64,000 bases of DNA from Leucoraja ocellata (taxonomy: Eukaryota). Positions within the stretch are counted from its first letter, which is position 1, and each line of letters starts with the position of its first letter. The notes under the pieces were generated by a model. That model saw only the letters and a program-made list of their open reading frames with translations, was not told the origin of the DNA and ran no database searches. Both the position numbers and the translations under genes were made by a program. This document shows positions 24,696 through 35,800 of this stretch, in pieces. The DNA lies in the NCBI GenBank assembly GCA_036785375.1, contig JAWMAR010000199.1:4092001-4156000 (forward strand). The letters run 5' to 3'.

Positions 24696-26219
24696 CAGCT
24701 GCCTGGAGCTGATGCTGTGGCGGGCCGTCTCGGAGAGGAGACGGCGTTCTGGCTTTCAGCGGCGGTGACATCACCACGGAGGTCCGCTGGACTGGAGGAC
24801 GGCATCTCCGGCCTGGATCGATCGCCTCAGCGTAGAGGGAGAACAAGGAGGGAAGAGACGGAGACTAAAGACTTTGCCTCCATCACAGTGAGGATGTGCT
24901 TGGTGAACTCACTGTGGTGGATGTTTAATTTGTGTTTATTGTATGTTTTGTTTTTATTGGTTCTGTGTATGACTGCAGGCAACATAATTTTGTTCAGACC
25001 GAAAGGTCTAAATGACAATAAAGGATTCTAATTCTAATTCTAATTCTAATTCCTAATGTAAGTAGCCAACCAAGCACATTGGTTGCCAGGGATTCATCTT
25101 GTATCAGTAACTCCAGGGTCATTTACTTTATTCTTTGCCTGAGAAAGTGGCAAAAGTGAATGAAAACATTGTGAACTTTGGCAGCGGTCTTTGAGTTTAA
25201 AACCGTTTGGCACCATCAGCGTGGTTGTAAGAAATGGCGGGATTCAAAGAACCAGTGAACTTGTGAAGAAACGAGGTCCAGTTAAAACAAAGACAGGGGA
25301 TGCTGGTCTCCAGTTACATCCACTCTCCTCACACCCATCGAAACAACGGCTGGAAAACAAAATCCATCTCTAACCAGGATCTAAATTGGTGGGCATCGAT
25401 TGGACGACTGATCATTACAAACAGTGATTTTTGCTTCATTCATTTTCAGTAATGTTGAAACATCAACAGAATTTTACCTCCTGTGTTCACCACCTCAACC
25501 CCAGAGAACCACAACCGTACATTCACCACCTCAACCAACCTCACTGAACCACAATGGTCTTTGCACTCTTGTGGTTGCTCTACACAGCTAGGCTTTTACA
25601 CTATCATGGTCTAGTTTACTTAGAATGACTAATTGTTTATTATATATTTATTGTTCTTGTTTCCAACGTGCCTGTAACACTGCAGCAAGTAATATTGCCA
25701 TCATTCCGGTTCTTAACCGGTGCATATAACAAATGATGCATCCTTGACACACAAGTCTTGACATACTTTACTGTGATGCTGCAAGTATGTTTCCATTCCT
25801 TTCAGTGAGCTCGGCAGCAGAGTAACAGAACTATGAGAGCCCACTGCAGCTCAAGACCAAATTGACCAGAGTGATTGCTGGGACCATCCAAGCCCAGAGT
25901 CCAACATCACTCAGGAACATGTGTTCATTGGTTGAGTATCTGCTCCATTGTCCTGGTTCAAAAGATAAACATCTACATATGAGCTGCAGCAATATCTGGG
26001 GATAGTTGGAGGCAGGAGAAATGATGCATGAAGCCAGGCCGGCCGTTAGCACGTCATGTTTTGGACCGATGGGAAACATTAAGAAGCATCTTTTGTGCTG
26101 CTGGAATAAATGTGCTGGTGACTGCTATTGCACTCTGAAGAATTGGGCACAGCTCCGTCTAATGCTGAAGTGAGTGTACCCGGGAGGTTTTCTGACCAAG
26201 TCCACTTGTCTAAGTTTTA

Positions 26220-26640
26220 GTTTAATTTATTATTTATGTGTACTAAAGTGCAGTGAAAAGCTTTTAGATGCTATTTGGTCAAAGACTATACATGATTACA
26301 ATCAAGCTGTCCGGAGTATACAGATAAAGGATAAACGGTACAATATTTAGTGTAAGATAAAATCCAATAAAGTCTGATTAATGATAGTTTAAGGTTTCCA
26401 AAGAGGTAGATGGGAGATCAGGACTGCACTCTAGGTGGTTTGAGGATGGTTCAGTTGCCTGATAACAGCTGTCTCTGAATCTAGAGGCATGCTTTTTCAC
26501 ACTTATGTACCCCTTGCCCGATGGGATAGGATAGAAGAGAGAGTGGCCAGGGTGAGACTGGCCCTTGGTTATGTTGCTGACCTTGCTGAGGCAGTGTGGT
26601 GTAGATGGAGTCAATGGAAGGAAGGTTGGTTTGTGAGAGG
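26220..26640 (-). mobile_element. Rex1/Babar LINE 3' fragment, followed by CR1 3' pieces (26650-27075)
   Basis: Minus ORF contains HCLSKVSNITKGQSHPGHSLFYPIPSGKGYISVKKHASRFRDS. Confidence 0.7.
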
Positions 26641-28182
26641 AATCGAGGCCAAGAGTACATGTGTTTAAGGTAAGGAGGGAACGATTTAATAGGAACCTGA
26701 GGGGTAACTTTTTTACACAAGGGTCATAAGGTCATAAGGAATAGTAGGATCAGGCCTATCGACCCATCATGTACTCTGCCATTCAATCTCCCCCTCCTAA
26801 CCCCATTCTCCTGCCTTCTCCCCATACTCTCTGACACCCGTCCTAATCAGGAAATAACCATTATACTACCACAGCCCTGGGGCTTAGTGGGTGTATGGAC
26901 CAACTCTGGAGGAGGTAGTTGAGGCGAGACATTTGGACAGGTTCATGGATAGGATAGGTTTAGAGGGATATGGGCAGGTGGGACTCTTGCAGATGGGGGG
27001 GAGGGGGGGCATTGTTGGTCGGCATGGGCAAGTTGGGCAGAAGGGCCTGTTTCCACACTGTGTGACTATGACTCTATAACCTGTTTTCTGCCACTGAGTG
27101 TTGGAGTAAATGAGTAAATGTGTTTCTCTTATTCCTCTTGTCCTGAAACTGCTGAGAGACGATCCCTTATATATTTGTTACCATCTTTTGCTGTATGAAA
27201 ATCAGGGATTATTCAAATGGTCCCTGTTTTGGTTTTCACTTTAGTTCCTGTCTTCATTTTGCAAATGTTAATCCTTCTGATTTATTTGCAACTGTTCCGT
27301 CTCTGTCCTTATCCTGTCTACAGCTTTAATCAGGGCTGCTTCATTTATCTTGCATTCACAACTATTTTCCCCCGTCTATTCCCAGAGGCCTTCATGAACA
27401 TTTCCCAATAATTAAACTGAATGAGGCATGGAGGTGCTGCACTGCACAATAAACTAAACTAATGCAAATGCTGCACAACATGATGGCAGGAGTAGCTGCA
27501 AGGCTGAGTGTTTGGACTGCTAAATCTGAAACTTTACTGCCACCCGGCTCAACATAAGCTGCTCATGTTCTCACGAGCTGACGTACCAGAAAGATCCACG
27601 TGCCCTGAAGTAATCTATGGATCGTTACTCGAGTGTATTCGTCACATACACATACGAGATGTGCAGTGAAATGAAAGTGGCAATGCTCGCGGACTTTGTA
27701 CAAAAAGACAAACAAACAAACAATCAAACAAATTATAAACACTATCATAAACACACACATATTCTTTTACATATTAAATATTGGAAGGACAACTTGACAA
27801 CAACTGGCAAACACTCATTTAAATTACCTGAAAATGTTCTTACTGTTTTACAAGTGACCTGTTTGTCAACATTAGATCTATACTGTCCAGCTTTAAAAAT
27901 ATTCAATAGATTCTCTCCACCCCAATCAGTAATACTAGGGAGAGCATAAATGCAACAGCATAAACAATATCTCTGTGGTCGCAAAATTCAACAACCTGAG
28001 TGGACAGAAGCCCAGAGAGAGATTGATGATATGACATCATGTGATGTGCTAATATTTCAAACTATACCTTGAGGTTTTACAGATAAAAATAGGCCACGTG
28101 TCATGTTTTATTAACTGTTACTGGAAACTGCTCAGTTTTTATCTATTCTGTTATGTAATCAATATCTCATTTCAATACGCAG

Positions 28183-28362
28183 AGATCGCCTGGACAAGAT
28201 CGTGGTGGACACGGAGGCTGGCCCCTTTAAGAACCACACTGTGGTATTCCTGGGCTCTGAAACCGGCATTATTCTCAAATTCCTCATTAGACCAACTACA
28301 AGTACAAACTTTGTCAATCGAAGCTTATTCCTCGAACATTTTGATGCTTACAGCCCAGAGAA
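28183..28362 (+). CDS. sema6b: Semaphorin-6B-like, internal coding exon (Sema domain)
   Basis: Acceptor cgcag| and donor AA|gtaaga. Translates DRLDKIVVDTEAGPFKNHTVVFLGSETGIILKFLIRPTTSTNFVNRSLFLEHFDAYSPE (conserved TVVFLGSE.G..LKFL). Confidence 0.95.
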
Positions 28363-28451
28363 GTAAGAATTCTTTTATACCAAAATAATTGAAAACATTG
28401 CCGAATATTTACAAAGAGTGTGCAAAGACCCAGAATCTTGTATTAAACACT

Positions 28452-29408
28452 NNNNNNNNNNNNNNNNNNNNNNNNNNNNNNNNNNNNNNNNNNNNNNNNN
28501 NNNNNNNNNNNNNNNNNNNNNNNNNNNNNNNNNNNNNNNNNNNNNNNNNNNNNNNNNNNNNNNNNNNNNNNNNNNNNNNNNNNNNNNNNNNNNNNNNNNN
28601 NNNNNNNNNNNNNNNNNNNNNNNNNNNNNNNNNNNNNNNNNNNNNNNNNNNNNNNNNNNNNNNNNNNNNNNNNNNNNNNNNNNNNNNNNNNNNNNNNNNN
28701 NNNNNNNNNNNNNNNNNNNNNNNNNNNNNNNNNNNNNNNNNNNNNNNNNNNNNNNNNNNNNNNNNNNNNNNNNNNNNNNNNNNNNNNNNNNNNNNNNNNN
28801 NNNNNNNNNNNNNNNNNNNNNNNNNNNNNNNNNNNNNNNNNNNNNNNNNNNNNNNNNNNNNNNNNNNNNNNNNNNNNNNNNNNNNNNNNNNNNNNNNNNN
28901 NNNNNNNNNNNNNNNNNNNNNNNNNNNNNNNNNNNNNNNNNNNNNNNNNNNNNNNNNNNNNNNNNNNNNNNNNNNNNNNNNNNNNNNNNNNNNNNNNNNN
29001 NNNNNNNNNNNNNNNNNNNNNNNNNNNNNNNNNNNNNNNNNNNNNNNNNNNNNNNNNNNNNNNNNNNNNNNNNNNNNNNNNNNNNNNNNNNNNNNNNNNN
29101 NNNNNNNNNNNNNNNNNNNNNNNNNNNNNNNNNNNNNNNNNNNNNNNNNNNNNNNNNNNNNNNNNNNNNNNNNNNNNNNNNNNNNNNNNNNNNNNNNNNN
29201 NNNNNNNNNNNNNNNNNNNNNNNNNNNNNNNNNNNNNNNNNNNNNNNNNNNNNNNNNNNNNNNNNNNNNNNNNNNNNNNNNNNNNNNNNNNNNNNNNNNN
29301 NNNNNNNNNNNNNNNNNNNNNNNNNNNNNNNNNNNNNNNNNNNNNNNNNNNNNNNNNNNNNNNNNNNNNNNNNNNNNNNNNNNNNNNNNNNNNNNNNNNN
29401 NNNNNNNN
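28452..29408. other. Assembly gap (957 N)
   Basis: Run of Ns inside a sema6b intron. Confidence 0.99.
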
Positions 29409-30685
29409 AGTATAAAAACTCTGCATTGGCCAACACCAGTTGGTGTTTAGCTTTGTTTAATTGATGTACTTAGTGTTGCCTCACTTTTCTGCCACTGTAC
29501 AAGACACATCATTGTACCAAGTTGCAAGGTCTTTCACTCTGTGAGGAATTCACGACATTGGGACAAATTAATTGCAGTCGCCGTCTCCAAGTCATTCCAA
29601 GATCTCAAAATCTGCCTTCTCTTTATATCTTCCTCAGTACTTTCCGTCTTTCTGCTTTCTGCAGAGCTTCACCGATCTCATCTTCTGAACTGAAACTTAC
29701 TTCTCCCCAAGTTTATAGGGAGGAACTGCAGATGCTGGTTTACATTGAAGGCATACACAAAACACTGGAGTAAGTCAATGGGTCAGGCAGCATCTCTAAC
29801 TTTGCTCAGCCTTGTTGACCCACACTATGTACCCAAGCCCTTGTCAACAGCTTCTTTTCACAACCGACACTGCAAATCAATAAATACTGGCCAGTAATGT
29901 TGCCTGTACACAAAAGACACATCACATTAAAACAGTGATGAAAGGTTGAAGAGAACATTAGCTGACTGTTTACTGGTTGGAAAAAACAAAGAATCAGAAT
30001 GCCTCTGGGAGCAATCCAAATGTTAGCTAATCATCATGGATAATCTAGTTAAAGGGGATTATCAATCATAGCAGTAGTTTCAAGTGTTACAGCTAAAAAT
30101 AGGCCATGTATCATGTTTTATTCAATATCACAGGGAGATACAGAGCACAAACAGGCCCTTCTGTGCACCGTCATCAAATACCCTTAGCTAGTACTAATCT
30201 TACATTAATCCCAGTTTCATGCATTCTTCCCACATTGTCATGAACCCATCAGATTCTACCACTGTGAAAGCTGGGGTGATTTACAGTGGGCACTGTATAC
30301 ACTGGGGGTGGTTTACAGTGGGCACTGTACACACTGGGGTGATTTACAGTGGGCACTGTACACACTGGGGGCATTCAGCCTCCCCACCTTTATGTATTTA
30401 GGAGGAAAACTGGAACATTTGGAAAAGCCACACAGAAGCAGGGAGAATGCAGGGAGGAACTGCACTCAGATATCGCCAGAGGTCTGGGTTAAACCTGGGT
30501 GACTGGAACTGTGATGCAGCAATTCTATTCACTCTGCCACCATGATGCCCTTACGTAGAATAGCTATTTCAACATACTAGCTTGTATGTAGCTGAACCAA
30601 CATACTAGCTATAGGTAGCTATATCATACATGCTATAGGTAGCTGTACCAACCTACCTGCCAGCAAGATAATATCCTTCAATGGG

Positions 30686-31202
30686 AGACAAAAACACTGG
30701 AGAAACTCAGCGGGTGCAGCAGCATCTATGGAGCGAAGGAAATAGGCAACGTTTCGAGCCGAAACTCTTCTTCAGACTGATGTAAGGGTGGGGTGGGGGG
30801 GGCGGGAAGAAGAAAGGAAGTGGTGGAGCCAGTGGGCTGAAGGAGAGCTGAGAAGGGAAGGAGAAAGTAGGGACTACCTGAAATTAGAGAAGTCAATGTT
30901 CATACCACTGGGGTGCAAACTGCCCAATCGAAATACGAGGTGCTGCTCCTCCAATTTACGGTGGTCCTCACTCTGGCCATGGAGGAGGCACAGGACAGAA
31001 AGGTCGGATTCGGAATGGGAGGGGGAGTTGAAGTGCTGAGCCACCGGGAGATCAGGTTGGTTATTGCAAACCGAGTGGAGGTGTTCAACGAAGGGATCGC
31101 CAAGCCTACTCTTGGTCTCACCGATGTAGATCAGCTGACATCTAGAGCAGCGGATGCAATTTTTACCTTCGATTTTCCAGCATCTGCAGTTCCTTCTTAA
31201 AC
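30686..31202 (-). mobile_element. 5'-truncated Penelope-like element: GIY-YIG endonuclease end, 3' terminal repeat with hammerhead, inverted terminal-repeat piece and 13-bp TSD
   Basis: Minus ORF CIRCSRCQLIYIGETKSRLGDPFVEHLHSV..LPVAQHFNSPSHS..RKLEEQHLVFRLGSLHPSGMNIDFSNFR* (stop at 30874). Hammerhead core at 30748-30775. Inverted tail at about 31160-31202. atccttcaatggg at 30673-30685 and 31203-31215. Confidence 0.9.
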
Positions 31203-31398
31203 ATCCTTCAATGGGGCACCAGTTTGGATCCCAGTCCCTGTTGAGTTCACTGATCATAAAGCCTGGCGTTGGGGCTAAAGGCAGGGCAAAGATTTTGCAT
31301 TCAATGGTTTCATGAACCCTTGCTGGCAGGTTCCAAATGCTAGTAACTTTGGGTTTAAGGATGATATTTTAATCATCAGACATTATGTTAATATTCAA

Positions 31399-31502
31399 GG
31401 TACACAAAAATGCAGGAGAAACTCAGCGGGTGCAGCAGCATCTATGGAGCGAAGGAAATAGGCAACGTTTCTGGCCGAAACCCTTCTTCAGATATTATAT
31501 TA
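31399..31502 (-). mobile_element. Penelope-type terminal-repeat insertion with hammerhead core and 14-bp TSD
   Basis: Minus strand CTGAAGAagggtttcggccaGAAACGTTgcc. atgttaatattcaa at 31385-31398 and 31503-31516. Confidence 0.75.
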
Positions 31503-32460
31503 ATGTTAATATTCAATGTCTAGGAATAAGATTCACTTTGGCCTTTTGTGCTTCTGAAGACATTCTGACATTTTGCAACATCAGGGTGAGATCAAAGATG
31601 TCAGGGGGGACAGACTAAATGCAAGTACCAACTATTGTAAAGATGCCCATTTGTCAGTAATCACGCTGAGCTCATGTTGATAACCAATGTAGGGTTGAGC
31701 CAATTGTGAGCCACTGCTAATGACTTTCATCCCCACCAGCTTCACAAGAGCAGACACAATCACAGAAAGAATGAACCTCAGTATCAAACAAAGCAGCAAC
31801 TTAAAGTAATGAATAACATTTGTGAAATTACATTCAGATAATCCACATAAACGGTCGATGAGATGCTGCGTATTTAATAAGAATATAGATAATTCCGAGG
31901 AAATGATTAAAAAAAGCATTAAACATTTTGGGCTCCCTTCCAAGAGCTGTAAAGATATCTGGAGAGGTTTGAGGTCTCCTTGCAACAAGACAATTAGAAA
32001 GGGCCAATGGTCCAAGTATTTTCAATGGTTGATGGAAATTGGCAGAACACAAATGAGTCTCCTTTGAAATGAATGTGAACCACTCTTGGCAATACAGAAC
32101 TAGATGAGGACATTAGGTGCAATCTATTTCAGAGGATAGTCAATAATTACATTAAATTGCAGTCTCATCTCATCACTCCTAAACCAAAACTCCATAAAGA
32201 ACAATATTTTCAGAAAGGGTGAATGAAGCGGGAAGGGGAGGTTGTAAGAAGTTGTGACTTATTATTTTGTCATATTAATGACCATTGACAGGATGTAAAA
32301 TATAAGGACTAACCTATGCACTAATTATCAACCAAAATATATATGAATAGCTCACTGATTGTTCTTTCAAGACTTTCCTGTGCCGAGACCGGTGGACGTC
32401 TCTCCTGCTTTGCAGCATTGAATGTACTCCAGGGATAACTCATTGTCACCCAGTTTGAGG

Positions 32461-32618
32461 AGTAGGAAAGAACTGCAGATGCCAGTTTAAATCAAAGGTG
32501 GACACAAAATGCTGGGGTAACTCTCTGGAGGACAGGCAGCATCTCTAGAGGACAGGCACCGTTCCTTCTCTCCAGAGATGCTGCCTGTCCCTCTGAGTTA
32601 CTCCAGCATTTTGTGTCG
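32461..32618. mobile_element. Fold-back Penelope terminal-repeat insertion with 13-bp TSD
   Basis: Inverted arms (gacacaaaatgctggggtaactc / gagttactccagcattttgtgtc). acccagtttgagg at 32448-32460 and 32619-32631. Confidence 0.8.
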
Positions 32619-32727
32619 ACCCAGTTTGAGGTGTCCTGTGAAGTGTGACGCGGTGTGTATTAAATAATTCCTGTTTATTTGTGCCCCAGCAACAGCACTG
32701 AAGTCATGAATCTGCTCTTTATTACAG

Positions 32728-32868
32728 GTGTAACACCAAAGGGCAAGAGCAGCGCAGGATAGTGAGTATGGAGCTCGACAAGATGAGTGGAACCGTATTG
32801 GTGGCATTTTCCTCGTGTGTTGTCCGAGTTGCCTTTGCCCATTGTCAGCAACATGCTGCCTGCATGAA
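32728..32868 (+). CDS. sema6b: Semaphorin-6B-like, internal coding exon (end of Sema domain, start of PSI)
   Basis: Acceptor ttacag| and donor AA|gtgagt. Translates CNTKGQEQRRIVSMELDKMSGTVLVAFSSCVVRVAFAHCQQHAACM. Confidence 0.93.
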
Positions 32869-32942
32869 GTGAGTCCGACTACAGATCACTACTCAAACTT
32901 TGCCATAATACCTTCAATTTATGACATGTACCCGTTAATTCT

Positions 32943-33253
32943 GCACGGTGGCGCAGCGGTAGAGTTGCTGCCTTACAGCGCTTGCAGCACCAGAGACCCG
33001 GGTTCAATCCCGACCACGGGTGCTGTCTGTATGGAATTTGTACATTCTCCCCGTGACCTGCGTGGGTTTTCTCCGAGATCTTTAGTTTCCTCCCACACTC
33101 CTAAAATGTACAGGTTTGTAGGTTCATTAGCTTGGTGTAAACATATAATTGTCCCTAGTGTGTGTAGGATAGTATTAATGTGCGGGGATCGCTGGTCAGC
33201 ATAGACTCGGTGGGCCGAAGGGCCTGTTTCCGCACTGTATTTCTAAACTAAAC
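32943..33253 (+). mobile_element. Full-length tRNA-derived HE1-like V-SINE
   Basis: A box TGGCGCAGCGGT, B box GGTTCAATCC (33001), central V-domain-like body, and CR1-like tail gggccgaagggcctgtttcc..(ctaaa)n. Confidence 0.85.
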
Positions 33254-34004
33254 TCCTCTGTCTCTGTCTCGCTTCCATGTTCTCCCTTCCTCCCACACAT
33301 TGATGTTCTTGTCTTTGAGTTGGTGAGTTCCATTCTCATTGCAGTTTGATTGCAGGGTCAGGGCTGATACCCCATGGTGACACTGAGAGAGTTCTCAGTG
33401 ATGAGAGCGTGCAGGTGAGATGTTAAACCAAGAACATGAATAAATTAAAAAGATGCAATGGTGCAAGTTGGAAGTGACCAGAGAGTTCCACCCAGAACCC
33501 AACTCTTTCCATCTCTCACCCTGATCTGCATTCATTCATCTCATGTTTTTTGAGTAGAGCTCTCGAAATTCTCTCTGTGACAATGCTAATGGTGTTTCCA
33601 TAAAGTGATGACTTGATTGTAAAGCTCTTTGGCACATGCTGAAGGATTGGAATCTACGCACAATGAGACTGCTAACACAAGCCAAACTCCCAAACCCTTT
33701 ATCAAGTGCCTGTTGTGAATGAGTTCTGATGGTGGCCAGCTTGATCTTGTCCTACATTCAAACTTCCCACCCGAGGTTAGTCCTTGCATCTGCACAGCTC
33801 TACAATGAAGCCTGTCTCTCCTCAACTAAGTTCAGTGAGTTAAACACAACTGGGAATTACACAATGGATGTTGGGAATGGTCTTGAATTATGACGGTTAT
33901 TGGCCTTCTTCTGAACAATTGAAGGGTAATTAAGCGAATATTTTCACATTGTGTGGATTTTCACCAACTGCAAAACCACGAGATGAAACCAGCACCAAAA
34001 CCTC

Positions 34005-34343
34005 CCAACAACAGGCGGTGAACATGGGATGACATGTAACAACATATGTGAACATGGGATGAACATGGAACAACAGGCTGTGAACATGGGGTGAACATGG
34101 AACAACAGGCGGTGAACATGGGATAACATGTAACAACATATGTGAACATGGGATAACATGTAACAACATCTGTGAACATGGGATTACATGGAACAACATA
34201 TGTGAACATGGAACAACAGGCTGTGAACATGGGATGAACATGGAACAACAGGCTATGAACATGGAACAACAAGCTGTGAACATGGGATGACATGTAACAA
34301 CATCTGTGAACATGGGATAACATGGAACAACAGGCTGTGAACA
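34005..34343. repeat. Compound minisatellite (21/30/32-bp units built on TGAACATGG...AACAAC)
   Basis: Read directly. Confidence 0.9.
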
Positions 34344-34784
34344 TTCCCGATGAATTCCACACTTGAGAAAGATTAGTCAGGCATTTTACAAGACTACATT
34401 TGAAGGCACTTCTTCAGAACCTGGTGTTTTGAATGAACTTGGGTGATATAGAGTTAAGAAAACCCTGCCAATGTTCAATGGGCTGAACACAATGTGCTGC
34501 TCCAGAGTGTCAGCTGTAAACCACAGAGGGAATTCTTGTGCTGAACACAGCATCCGGATTAGAATTCACTCAAATAATCGAAGCTTGACATATCTTTAAT
34601 GCTTTTCTTACACCACATTGAAACTCAGACTACAGGGGGAAACTGGCATGGACCTTGTCAAAACTGACGGCCTCATAGAGATCTCAGAAGGCAGCTGAAT
34701 GAAAATGAGTTTGCAGAGAAAGGCAATGTTAGCTTTGGAGAAAAAAAGGTTACGGAAGATGGACACACAGTATCACAGCAGGAA

Positions 34785-35000
34785 GAGACAAGGGTTCGAT
34801 CCTGACCTTAGGTGCTGTTAGTGTGGAGTTTGCACGTTTCCGGTTACTTCCCATTTCTCAAAGATGTGCCGGTTTGTAGATTAATTGGCCACTTGTGTGT
34901 AGGGGGGTGGATGTACAAGTGGGATAGCACAGAATTTGTGTAAATGGGTAATCGATGGTCAACATGGACTCGGTGGGCCAAAGGGCCTGTTTCCATGCTG
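34785..35000 (+). mobile_element. HE1-like V-SINE (degenerate)
   Basis: B box gggttcgatcc, body and CR1-like tail. Confidence 0.7.
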
Positions 35001-35297
35001 CACTTCACTACTCAGCTTCAATCAATTCAATCAATCTGTTGAGTATGTCTTTAAAATGTGAAAAAGAGAAACTTTAATAGAGTTAGTTCCCTGCCAAAGC
35101 CCTGGAATAGAGTTATAGTCATACAGCACGGAAACAGGCCCTTCAGCCCAACTTGCCCATGCCAACCATCATGCCCCATCTACACTAGTCTTACATGTCC
35201 GCATTTGGCCCATATCGAACCATCTAAACCTATCCGAACCATGTATCTGTCGAAATGCCTTTTAAATGTTGTTATTGTACCTGCCCCCAACTACCTA

Positions 35298-35425
35298 TGT
35301 GAGAAGGAACTGCAGATGCTGGTTTAAATCGTAGACACAAAATGCTGGAGTAACTCAGCGGGACAGGCAGCATCTCTGGAGAGAAAGGGTGGGTGATGTT
35401 TCAGGTCGAGACCCTTCTTCAGACT
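35298..35425 (-). mobile_element. Penelope-type terminal repeat with hammerhead core, abutting a minus-strand CR1 3' end (35108-35297)
   Basis: Minus strand agtCTGAAGAagggtctcgacctGAAACATCaccc. Confidence 0.7.
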
Positions 35426-35722
35426 TAAGTTACTGGATGAGCAGTCATTTCACATCTGATTACATTTCAGGAACTCTTGTTGTAAACATATGTTTATGCT
35501 CCAGGCAACTTCACGATTAACTTCACTTTCAAAGCCCCCACATTTGAATAGTTTGCCAAAAGTCATCACTGAGACTTGCACAGTGAGGACTGGAACTGGG
35601 GAGAGCAGAGTATCAATAGGGTATCTATTATCTATGTGTGGAGAATGAGTTTGAGGAAACAAATGATGATGATTTTATTGACGTTGTCTAACGTATGAAT
35701 GTTTCACATCTTCTCTCTAAAG

Positions 35723-35800
35723 GAGCTGTGTTGGCACACGCGACCCATATTGTGGCTGGATTGGAGATGGACAGTGTGCCTATTTGGAGCCAGGAACCAG
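35723..35800 (+). CDS. sema6b: Semaphorin-6B-like, PSI-domain exon
   Basis: Acceptor ctctctaaag| and donor AG|gtagac. Translates SCVGTRDPYCGWIGDGQCAYLEPGT (PSI signature C...RDPYCGW). Confidence 0.93.

Noticed and set aside
24383-25031. Overlapping repetitive ORFs on both strands
   Set aside because: A GC-rich 21-bp VNTR lacks stop codons. No domain similarity is recognisable.
28375-29464. Long ORFs of 327-353 aa
   Set aside because: Artefacts of translating the N gap.
32943-33015. tRNA gene
   Set aside because: The A/B boxes are the head of a V-SINE and continue into the SINE body and tail.
35720-35725. NAGNAG alternative acceptor (AAG GAG)
   Set aside because: The distal GAG is a weak acceptor and there is no transcript evidence.
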